Below are positions 12,201 to 24,200 of a stretch of DNA of 64,000 nucleotides, piece by piece. Position numbers and translations under genes: made by a program. Within the stretch, counting starts at the first letter, position 1; each line of letters opens with the position of its first letter. The DNA is from Tubiluchus corallicola. Lineage: Eukaryota > Animalia > Priapulida. Where the stretch lies: positions 496,001 through 560,000 of the forward strand of contig JAQGDQ010000116.1 of NCBI GenBank assembly GCA_030141605.1. The letters are read 5' to 3'. The notes below the pieces were generated by a model. The model worked only from the letters and a program-made list of their open reading frames with translations. It did no database searches and was not told the DNA's origin.

Positions 12201-15200
12201 TCGGGTAAACACTCGTGTTGCACTGTCCTCTAAGTTTGCATCTTTAATCGCCCAGCTTTTGAGAGCTTGAATATTTGTCTAGCTTGATTAATTCAGCTTG
12301 CGAGGCACTAACATTGGTAAATATAAAAGTATTCCTAACCAATATGCATAATATTGCAGAAGTACAATAAGAGTTTTAGAATGGAAATAAGCATGGAAAT
12401 TGACTTTGTGTATGAGATTTACAGAGTAGCGTAGCAAAGACGTCGCCAAAAGATCCCAATGTCAACTATGCAAAAAATATTTTTTGAATGTAAAATCCTT
12501 CAATTTTGAAACCTTTTGCAATCAGCATCAAACGGGGTGCGTTGTTTATATAGCACGTAGTCGTACTTTCTAACTTTTTACAGTTTACGTTTGAAAGTTT
12601 GACTCAAGATCTGAAATATGTTTAGTTTCACATCTTGACTTGCGTTGAACTTTGCGCATGAAGAGAGGAATGTGTTACAGAGATGATAATACAAGGCTAA
12701 ACGAGATTCTTTGCAGTCAGACCACCACAGCCCAAATGACGGTAATGCTTAAGCAAATAAGATGCGACTCAATAGTACCCATAAATTTTAAATGCATAGG
12801 AATTAACAAACTTGAGTGATGCATCATTTGTGCTGTCTGTTCTGTGGAACAATAATGTGCCTTGTAGAATCGTGTTGCGGTCCTGTAGGGAGAGAATTTC
12901 AGAAAGCTTTTATTAAGTTGACCTTTTAAGCGTGTTCTCGGGGCGTGCTGGAATTATAGTTAAATGTAGGATATTTAACAGGGATAAATGTGCAGTTCGG
13001 ATCTACCTTGCATTCTTCCCTGTAGATGTAAGAAAATGAGCCTGATGGAAATTACGTTTATAGTTTTGAGAAATCCTTATCTGTTTATTTATTGAAGCAA
13101 AGATTTTCCTCGGTTAATTTTCTGGAAGTTTGACAAATAATTGCTCGAAATTTGCCAAGTCATATTTAAAATCTAACCTCAGTTAACTCTGTTGAATGTA
13201 CTGATTGTATGTGCCGTGAATAGGATTGCCTTTCTGCATTCAGTGATTTAAATTACCCTGCCAAATAACCTATGAGCGAAACTTTCCGGGCTTCCAGATT
13301 GATTAGTTAATTGAATCCATGGATAAAAACATCAGTTCAGCCGTTGGTGTTGTTGAATTAGAATTTTTTATGAGGCTTTATCTTCTTATGCAGATAAGCC
13401 TGAATGGCAAGTCATTGATGTAACGTAAACATTGACTTTACGTAACGGTGTTTAATTAAACCTTGTAATAGAAAAAAGTCGTCAGGGTATTGACGATCAT
13501 GCACAGGGCCTATTTCAAGGAGGGGAAGTGGGGATACTTCCCCGGGGCCTCACCCTCCAGGGGTGACGTTATTTTTTATTTTTTTGCTTTATGCGAACAA
13601 ACTGTATAACTCCATATTTTCTCTTCGAAAATGCTTCTCCGGTGTTCTAGCAGATCAAAACTTTTCTGGACGCCAACCATGGTGGCGCCCGCCCCCCCCC
13701 CCCCCCCGACGAGGCCTCATACGCCCCACTTCCCCGGGCCTCGCTTAGGTTGAAATAGGCCCAGATCATGCATGAATATTACAAAACATCTGATTCAGTT
13801 TTCGCCATTGGAGGCAGCGCTTTTGTTACATATTGATGACAAATCGTGTCAGATGATTTTGGTTAAGTCAGCACTCTTAGTGATCTTGACTATTAGCGAG
13901 TTTGAATATTAATCTTTCTTAATTAGTGATTGATTCACTTACCAAGTAATTATGTATTTCCTCTTTGGGTGTTCGTTTGTTGGCTGTCTGCCTGACTGAC
14001 TGGGCAAGTGACTAATTACCTGGTTCAGGGGGACTGACTGACAAATAAGAATAATCCGTAAATTCTATTGTTAGAATATACTGTACTAGTTTCATTTATT
14101 TTTCTCCCCATAGAACTCTCGGCTTTTAAAGTCAGCTAGCAACGCTGGTAAGTCTGGGAAGCCATATCAATCACGTGCGTCAGTACAGCACTTCCTGCTA
14201 ATGGTAAATCATCGATAATCATTGGACTGCTTTCTCTGGATCCAGATCACGCACTGGTCTCCCTGTATCAAGAGAATACCAAATAGGTGGTCGAATTAGA
14301 TAACTAGTGGGACTCGTTGCAGTTATTCTTATTAGCTTGTTGTCAGTAGAATAATTATCTCTCTGGCGGAGACATCAGCTGCTACTAAGGGTTCTGTCAT
14401 GTTGGCTACAAATTTAAATTACATTCTAGCTTCTGCGTTGTCTGTATGTCAGCCGAATGGAGGTAGTTAATTTCCTTTTTGTCTTTTTTTTGATCAAACT
14501 GAAACTTTCTTTTGTAGTCATTTTAGCATTGAGCGTCAACTATAAACCATGCTATTCAATGTACAGTATATATCAGTAGTTCTTAGTAATCGTGGAATCT
14601 TCTATGATTACTTCAGTGTCCTTACAAAATACTTCAGATTTTTCAATCAGTCTCGTATAGTTTCAAACTTTAACATCGAAACACTCGCCAGTAGTCTAAG
14701 TGTTTCTATGCCTTTGTGAAGAACGTGTTTTCTTTTTCAATATTTTTGATACCTGTAGGATTCGAGCTATTTTTATTGTGGCGGATGCAACGCTACATAC
14801 GTACTACTATCACGCCCCGGTACACGCCTCATATTGCACACGCTCTGGACATTACGTATATCATTGTTATTTTCATTTATTGGTGCCTGAGCACTGTAGC
14901 TGCTGACTGTGATCAATTATCTGTCACTCTCAGGGAGAAAAACGTAAAATTCCATTACCGAGATAATTTCTACGACCTTATATATAGACTTGCTAGACTA
15001 CTGCTAGAGAAGAATTGAGGACATCCCAAGGGCACAGGCTACAAAGCAGGCAAAGCGCCCGTCTAAATAAAGGATGACATTAACGTTATAGACGTAGGTG
15101 TCGACGATATAGTTATCTACTTTATATTATAAAAAGTACAATTACTATTAATTAAGTAACTTATACCAGAATTATCAGAAAAGGCAACAAATAATTGTTC

Positions 15201-18200
15201 TTGATAACTACATATTGGATTTGCTCTCTGATAATAACTATTAGTTTGCCACGCGAGATGAAGCTGTGATTTATAACTTTTTTTCAAAAATATATCACAA
15301 AATATAAAAATTAGGACCCTTGCAAAAGCTTTACGTTATCGTCTTAGACTACTTTGCTAAGCTTTTCAAAGCTGTTTGACTTGCAGTGAGTGAGATAGAC
15401 TCACAGGATTCACATAGTGTGCTGTCTAGATAATGCGCCTTAAGAATTCATTGAACTTCGTACACGCTTCGGCGATTCTAGACGATTACTATGTCGCACA
15501 TATCAGCAGTGTCTGTTAATATTTTAAGTACATTACGACGGCTACTGAGCTTGTTGTGCTGTATTTAAGATTCGCTGATGCCAGCAGTGTAGGGCTGCTA
15601 AAGGGAGGAATATAGAAGCCGGTGGCCGCATATTGAAACAGCTTAGATACATTAGTACCACTAATGAACTCACGACGTTAAATGTTTTGGTACAGATTGT
15701 CCCAAACGAGATCAATGACCACGTAGAATTTTAGAAAATGAAAATGTGTATCTGGTTCAGAGATGTACAGTTCTTACAACTAATTTTCTAATAATAGACC
15801 GTAACTGTTGATGTTTTTCTTAAGCGAAATTGTAGTTAATAGGAAAACAACAGGAAGAGATCCAAAGAGCATATTCCATTAAAGTAGTGATGAAATACTG
15901 ACCTTCGACGAGCGCGAAAAATTGCACACCGAATCATATCTCGCGAAATTGAAACTACGATTTTACAAATACAAATACAGCCTTCAACGGATAGTTTACA
16001 ATATCCAACAAGTATTTACTGAAAAATTTAACGCAAAGTTAGCATAAAATGATATAATAATAAATGTAAGTCAGTCTTTTGAATTGTGTCACTGCCTAGT
16101 ATGGCAGTAACTTGAGGTGCTCATATCAGTCATTCCCAAAACCGAAGCGAATACAACCAAACAGGCTAATAATTATTAATGAAAAATAAAAATCAACAAC
16201 AAAAATAAACAATCCGAATTGATAATGAAAAGTAACCAGCTGTGGATAAAATAGCTGTTTACCACAGGTGAAAGCAATCCGAATACTGAAAAACATGACT
16301 AGAAAGAAAGCAAATTAGTAGGGAAACAGAGTATTGTTATTATATCAATTTAGCCTCATGGCTAATATTGAGATTCTCAGTTTCTTATGATATTTGTTGA
16401 CTGAATGCTCAGTTAATCGATGTACGCGTAATCGGTAGTGGCTGTCTTATAAATTATTCCCTTTGTTCATTAACCAGCTCTTATACTACTAAAGAGTTCT
16501 GCATACGGGGACTGTGGGGATTGTATATGTGCATCAATGTATGCAAGGAAATTATAAATATAGGACGTTATGAATAATGTAAATAAATTATTTGTAATGT
16601 TCTTGCGTGTATGTAAGCTTAGTTTGTTTTAAATTATGCACGGAACTGCAAATTTGGTCCTGATAGTCAAATTGCTGCTGTCGTATTACATATTCAATGT
16701 GTTCCTTTTATTTCTACATGGCTCATAGATCCTTAGACAAACCATCCATTTGTATTTCTTGTCTCGTGGACTCGCTGTTTCCTCTTTTTTCTTTCTTGAC
16801 GAATTGTTAAGTACTTTTGTTAGTGCGTTTACCTTTGCTAAAACATTCTCCATTTTTTGAGAAGTCAAAGGATTGTAGCCTAGGATCCATTGGCGTGTAG
16901 GATGAATGCATGATTCGATGAAGTCACATTTTATCTATATACGGAGTACCCCTCCTTGTCAACCTTTGATGACCGTACTGTAACTACCATGCGTACAAGG
17001 CGGGGCTCTGGGGTACCCGAAAAGTGGCCAATGAATTGTACGTTTTAAAAATTTAGGGCAAAAGCTTAAGCTGGTTATTTTCAGGCTTCTGTTTTAATAT
17101 TTCAGTATTCAAAAATTAATTTTAGACATTTTTGTTAGTCTGTAGCCCGTAGTCTGTAGTCTGTTAGTCTGTAATTATGCGACCCGCTGTTTACACTTAT
17201 TTTGAAATCACTCATGTCAGGCAAGAGCAACTTAAAAATTTTCATGACTAATTCCTTCCGCCTCCTTGTGAATTTTCCTCCCGTACGCCTATGGACCTAC
17301 GCCTCTCCGGGCACATGAACTGCACCAGGCGCTGTAAAGTTAACATATTTTTTTATGAAGCCAAAGTAAATTTCACGTGTTGTGATTTATATACAGCGCA
17401 TGCCTTTTACAAGCTTATTTGAGAAGCTGGCAATCTCTTGCCGGTTTCACTGGCGCGATTAGTTCTGGTCAATTTTTCATCATCATTTTCATCTGTTCCA
17501 GCATTGGTTACCTTACATGATTGTATTAAACCGTTAAAACGCTTGGCTGCTGTCATTGTAAAATTCCGACAAGATTGTTTTATTGACCAACTATATACAG
17601 CAAAAACGCGCAACCGTTGACGAACGAACCAACACTTTTCCGGTAATAAACCTACTTCCTTCCTGTAGTTAACACACTGCCAGCAAATGGCGACGTCGCT
17701 AAGGAACCTTAGGTGCTAATTGAAGCCGCATTAAAAGTCTGATAAGCGTCTCGTCCATTATGTGCAGACTACAGATTATTAAAAAATCTTTGAATTCTCA
17801 TACATACTAATAACGGTAGCAATTAAATTATTAACAGTCAGCTATTAAGAGTAGACTTCTTTGAAAATGACTTTAGTTTTTTCCCATGACCTCCACAACC
17901 CCCAACTCGGATTTAAATTTCTTATAACTCGTTCTTTTTCCCCAGACTCCACAACACAGTGAAAAACCTGGTCTTATATTTCTCACAACTCGTGTTTTAT
18001 TCAAATACGCACAAGTGACATATACGGCACTGAACAAAACTCGTGGTTTTTAAACACAATGACTTGAAAGTTGAAAGCTTTAAAAACACAATTTAACACA
18101 CACTAGACAATCTATATTTTCAGCTTTGCATTGAACTCAAACGTTTAACTGGAATATATTAAGTAACTTTCAATATACAGGTACAGTAGTTATTGTTTCT

Positions 18201-21200
18201 TCTGATTACAAGTACAATACCAAACGTTTTTTGATAGTTTGATAACAAGCATTATTTTTTTGTTAATATTCGGTCAGGCATTGCACAGAATTTGTGCCAG
18301 CTCCTAATATTCGGTCTGTATCACTGCTGTTGAAAAAGGATCTTGAAGTCAGTGTGAACTGAAATCATATAGTTCAATGCTTTCGTCAAGTTATATTATT
18401 GTGGTTGCATCGGTTCTATGATTGCTGTATGCGTTTTGAATTATCGTGTTTACACCCCTCCGGCTCGTTTTCTCCTCTCTTGTACAAATTATTGTCGGCT
18501 GCGGGGAAAATCAGCAACAGAACAAATCTTTACATGCTCGTCTGCTCGTTCGTAACGAGTAATTAAACTAATTTCAGCCTAACTGAATTGCTAGGATGGC
18601 TGCTTTCTCTTTTCAGCTGCGAATCTGATATATGGTTTCGAGAGCGAGTAGTTGTCGTCATTTTGTATGTGGTAAAATACGTAACATTAATATCATTTAA
18701 TGCTAGTAAAAGGATTAGAGCCCGGTAAGTCCCCACGATTTAAGTATTGCATTTAACGTATTTATTTCAAATCATCTATTAAAGTATTAATTTCATGTGG
18801 ACATTCTTGAAGATTGTTTATTGATGCTGGATTAACTCGATTAACTGGATGATCTAAAGTGAACGATAACGAATCTCTCGGCACGACTATGTAGAAGTCA
18901 TACTAACATAAATAATCGTTTCTATTTTTCTTCGTGACACCTAACTTGTTATAGAAATGCACAGTAACCACTAAACATGGAAAATATGCTGCGGCTCCGC
19001 TTTGATTGGATCGGCTCATCTATCGTGGTAAAATTTGAAGCTGCGTAGTCTGCAGATATTCAGAAAGCTTCATGCAGATATTCATGAAACCAATCTATGA
19101 AACCAAATGAATAGCACCATCCTCTTTGGCACTAAAATCATGAGAGTGTATATAGCTGTAGCTGATAGGTCAGTCCTGTCAATAATTAATAAATGCGATT
19201 GTGTGCCAGCCTGCACCCTATTTGTAGTTTTCATTAAGTGTACATGAACGTTTAATGTCGTCCGAGAAGCCCGATGAATCTTCAGAATCGACACCATTCG
19301 AACGCCGGAATCAGGCGCGATGGTCAACCGTCAAGGCCGTGTTTGCGTTGATTTTCACCATTGCCTGAATATTGGCCTATTATTATCTTAGCTGGTCATG
19401 ATTTATAACCGTCAGAGTAAAGAACGTTAGCGAGTAATTCCGAATAGTCTCCTGCAGCTATAACACGGAGCAAAACATTACTCTTGCAACTGATGCGGAC
19501 GTTTTGAACGTTATGAAGGTTTTACTTCTCTATAATATATAATAATGATCTGCCGCATATTTGCGCTATTTTCAGATTCTTGTGTAATGTTTTCTGATCT
19601 TTTCTCTGTGGAAGGTATTTTTACTGAAATAAATTTAACGATTGATGTACATATTTTTATTCTGCTATGTATCGCTGCATGGGCGTATTATTATACTGCA
19701 TTATTATTATTATTCTACGCTAGCAATCACTAAAATACTTTAGTACAGTTTATTCTATGCGCCTTGACAATAATAATAATACATAAATGTGGTGAGATTA
19801 AAACCATGAAATTATAAAGAAAATAAACATGTAAATAATAAAGTTTTCAACACGGGACTGTCCAAAAAGATGAACTTGTAGAAGTCAATTGAGCAATAAT
19901 CTGCGTGAGTTTACGTAATTAAGTTACTTCATCACTTATATAAATACAACAAAAAGTAATTAAAGTAAACTGTACAACCAGTATGTAAATGTGAAATTGA
20001 CAGTAGCAAATGCAAGCCTCCCTTTTGAACAGCAGGCTTGTTGGATTGGAGTACAGAAGTAGCGTTGCTTTCAGTTCTTCCCATAATGGCATTTCTTGTG
20101 AACGGCTGAAAGCAGCATTGAATTGTAGTGGCATATAGCAGCTGAGTGATCCGGAGTTTCTTAGGATGGAAAGCAAAAAAGAATCGCAGTTAGTAGTAGT
20201 AACAATAATAAAGTTTAGAATTATTATGGTTATCTTGTATGTAGCATAGTTTATGGTAATGTATACTAATATGCGTCTGCTCACTAATTACATAAGATGT
20301 TAAAAATTGTGTTTATAATTTTATAGGCTTTTATTTCAAATTTTGGTGTTGAGACAGGCACGTATTGTTTTTGGTAATTTTGCAAACCATTCCTGCAAGC
20401 TAATCATGTAACTTTCCATGTCAAATACACAAGATCCATTAACCACTAATCACTAATATTTAATGTTATTTCTAGTAAGAGTTTAGTCCTCATTTCCTTG
20501 ATTAAAAATATATTTGACGATTTTTTGTCGGTTTATCAGTTCTAAAATAACAGATCACGGTGAAATAAATTTGCAAACCTAATCCGATGGCCAACTGCTG
20601 CGCAATTTATATGAAACATGTACAGTAATTATGTCATTGATTTTTACTGAGATGTCGATGTTTTCTTATTGAAAGGTGTAAGGAAATTGGGTGGTTTATC
20701 CTTATTCTGGTTTATAATCATAAAACTATTTTTGTCATTTTGTGCTTAAATTATGTTCAGCCATAGATATTTGGTTTTAATTCCTGAACCCTTAACTGCG
20801 AGTGGCGCACTTATTATGTCTGGCGCAGCGACTTTCTACTGATTCCCTCGTCCAGCAGAATTTCAACTCTTGTCGAGTTGCGTTTCCTTCCACGTCAATT
20901 CTTACTAGATGCTGGTGAGGCTGGCATTATTTGCTCTGCGAAATTCGCTAATTTTGTCGAGGGAGAAGAATTTATTGCTTGTTGTTTCGTAACACTGGGA
21001 TTAGCGGCTTGTGCATTAAACGTCTGTAATTGCTTATAAAGAATGGTATGAAGCTACAAATTAGATTTCAAGGAATTCTGTAGTCTTGATTGAAAGTATG
21101 TCCGTTCCAAGTAACACAGATTAACTCTTCGTGATAAGAATGTGTAAAAGAAAGACCTCCAAGGCTACTCCACTATTCAAGACGGTTAAACTATTTTAAC

Positions 21201-24200
21201 CACTCCACTTTCAAGGTGTGACAAATCTAGCCTTTTTCATTGTAAATTGTTTTTTTCATTATATAAAGCACTGTAAAATTTAAGCTTCTTGTTAAGAAAA
21301 AGAGACAGTAAAGACGATGCCCATCTCGTACTTTTTGCAGCTAGGGCCGAGTGCTATTTGAAAATGTATGACTGAAAGGCATCGGGCAAACCATAGCTGG
21401 ATCTTAATTTACATACTGGTTTAATAATGTTTTGGCGATTACCGCCAGTTATCAATTGTTGTTCCAGGACTGCTTTGCACGATATCCTAACTCGGCCTTT
21501 TTAACCCTATTCCGTGGCGTCAGACTGTCAGCTTGTCGAAATGTAATATAATTACGCGGTTGCCAAAAATACAGAGATAAACTTCAAAAATTAAAAAATG
21601 TCAATTTTTCGCGTTTTTGATGGTGTTTAACTGATTATCAATTTTTGATTATGAAATGATCTGACTTATATTACCCATATAGAAAGTGGCATTGTTTATA
21701 TTTATTAATGACTGAGGTTTGATGATGTCAGGCACATGTCCGTAAGATGCTTTTTGGCCCTGGGAGCTACTAAACTATGAAACATCATGAAATTCCGTGG
21801 GGGGGGGGGGGGTGATACGACAGGAAAAACATTCCATCATTATTTGTAAGCATTTTTTCAAGAAGAAAGTGATAATTATGCATTCATTATTATGAAATTA
21901 AAACTGAAATCTAATATTTTGTGCGCCTTGATTTCCTTACAATAAATTAGTGTTTTTTCCTTTTTTCAGGTATTTGTTTGCTCTCCAAATTAAAAAAGAT
22001 CTAGTCAAAGGTGTGATGCCCTGCACAGATCAAACTGCCGCCAAACTAGCTTCTTACATAGTGCAAGGTATACGATTCTACATTATATATACATGTGTTA
22101 TTGTATATGTTTGTATTGTGCACAAAACAATTTTCTGTTACAAAATGTTTGACAAATAATATGAAGTTGCAGTGACATATTTAACAGTGACAGTCTTTTG
22201 AGCTGCCATATTTTTCATGTTTAATTCTTTGATAAATTTAAAGGACCCTAGTTATGAATGTAATAGCTATTTGGTGATCATGAAAGTGGATTATTTTCAT
22301 TTTCCTTTTCTTAAATGAAAAATCTAACTTCCATTATCCATTCACACATGAAATATTGCGAGCTTGACATTTGTTTTTATCTGGCTAGATAATTTAATCC
22401 GCATTTTAACATCGGCAGGTTCTATGTTTTTTACTTTGAGGTATTATTTATTCTTGATTTTTCACTGTTTATAAATATTCACAAGATATCAAAGTTTTGA
22501 TTTAATAAAGATTGTGTATGATATTTGTGTCCATTCATTAGGATACAGTATTATTAACGCAAGTGTTGGTATGGGTTCCGAAGTGCTCCGTCTTCTGCAT
22601 CTGCCTTTATCTGAGAAATAATTATTGCTTAGATGTTTAATGGTTACAATGATTGGTCTTGCTGTGTATCTCCGGAGATTTGTCTGAAAAATCATTAGCG
22701 TTGTAGCAGACTCCAACTGTGTAAAGACTGCTAATTGTTTTTGTGCTGACAACTGCAGTGCTATTATCCAAAGTATCACTGAAATTGCTGCAAATCACTA
22801 ACTATTCCGTAGAACAAAGAAATTTTGCTAACTAAAATTCATGAGCTTTGTTTCTTTGAAACTATTTCACCTTGTTCTTTGTAAGGTTTCAAAATCATTT
22901 TAATGTTAATAATTCTTAAAAGTGAATCGGTGCGATTCCATTAACTACATCCATCTTCCCTTTTTTCGTTTATTTGTTTGTCTTAATGGTTAGGTGCCAT
23001 ATCTATATGTGCAATAGTATAGAGTTTTTTCAGTGAGCTTTTGGAGAAGCCATTGTACAACCAGCACACAAAATATGAAAGTCAGGTCAAGTAAAGCAAG
23101 GGGATGTCGCTTTTTGGATTACTATTTTTTTATAAAAGTGTGATTTTTTGGAGAAATTCTTAAAGAGTTCAAGGCTAGTTTTGATTTTTTTTCTGTACAT
23201 AAATTGTAACGACAAGCGCTTACTCTGGCTTTTTTTTAATCTAGTAGGCATTTATTTCAATTTCAATGTTATAATTTACTTAAATTTCTCAAAAATGTTA
23301 TCGCACATTTGCGTACATTGTGTGTCTTTCCAGCTGAATGTGGTGATTACAGTGAAGATGACTATCCGGATCACACCTATCTTTCTTCTTACAAATTTAT
23401 TCCACACCAAACGCCTGAACTGGAAAAGCTCATCATGGAAAACCATAAAAAGCACCAGTAAGTCCCATACTCTATAAAACTAATCTATAAAGGTTTATGA
23501 TTAAACATGGTTTTAACAGTTTTCGAATACCCCTTTACGTCGTTTCCAAAAGGTGAATTACCTCATAAGACGTTTCTGTTTCGAATCTTAATTGTCAGAT
23601 TTGAAGTTTAGAAGATATCTCAATGAAACAGGAACACTAAGCTTTGCTGCTGACCAGTTTGAAATGCTAGGAAACTCATTTTGTACGATTATAGAGCTTT
23701 GTTTGGCAACTGATCAACTGGAAATTTAATTTTCTCCACTAAGTACTTTCAACTTCCAATGTGCTTCTGTCAGTGCAAGCCAAACCTCCTAGCACACTTA
23801 AGAGTGACTGATAACAAGTTTGATTGCTCTCTCTTTCACAGCCTTAAATATAAGAAAAATCTGAAATTGCAGCAGAAACATTACAAGACTCAGCTAATGG
23901 AAGGTGTACAGAGCAAAACCACTAATGGTATCTTTGATTTCGTCAGCTGCACACGATTTGTTATAAAAAGATTGCACGACGATGTTTTTGTGCTCTTGAT
24001 CTGCAAAATTCAGATTAATGATTTCCCAATGCCCTAAGAAATGCCCTGCATTTTTTGCTGTTTTAAGTACAATTGCTCTTTAGAGATGTAATCTATCAGC
24101 TAGTTTCAATATGTATTGTCTCGTATAATACTTTATGAAAAGTTGGTTCACTTATTTATAGCAATAAAATTGACCCCTCTGTGCCATCCAAGCAAGATTT

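Noticed and set aside
15016-15110. In-frame TGA followed by 15 more codons and an ATGA-started hairpin (possible selenoprotein/SECIS)
   Set aside because: The hairpin lacks the correct GA/GA quartet register and the apical AA, and the peptide resembles no selenoprotein family I know.
20010-20125. Hairpin-ACAGAA-hairpin layout resembling an H/ACA snoRNA
   Set aside because: No ACA box after the second hairpin, and the first hairpin is too short.
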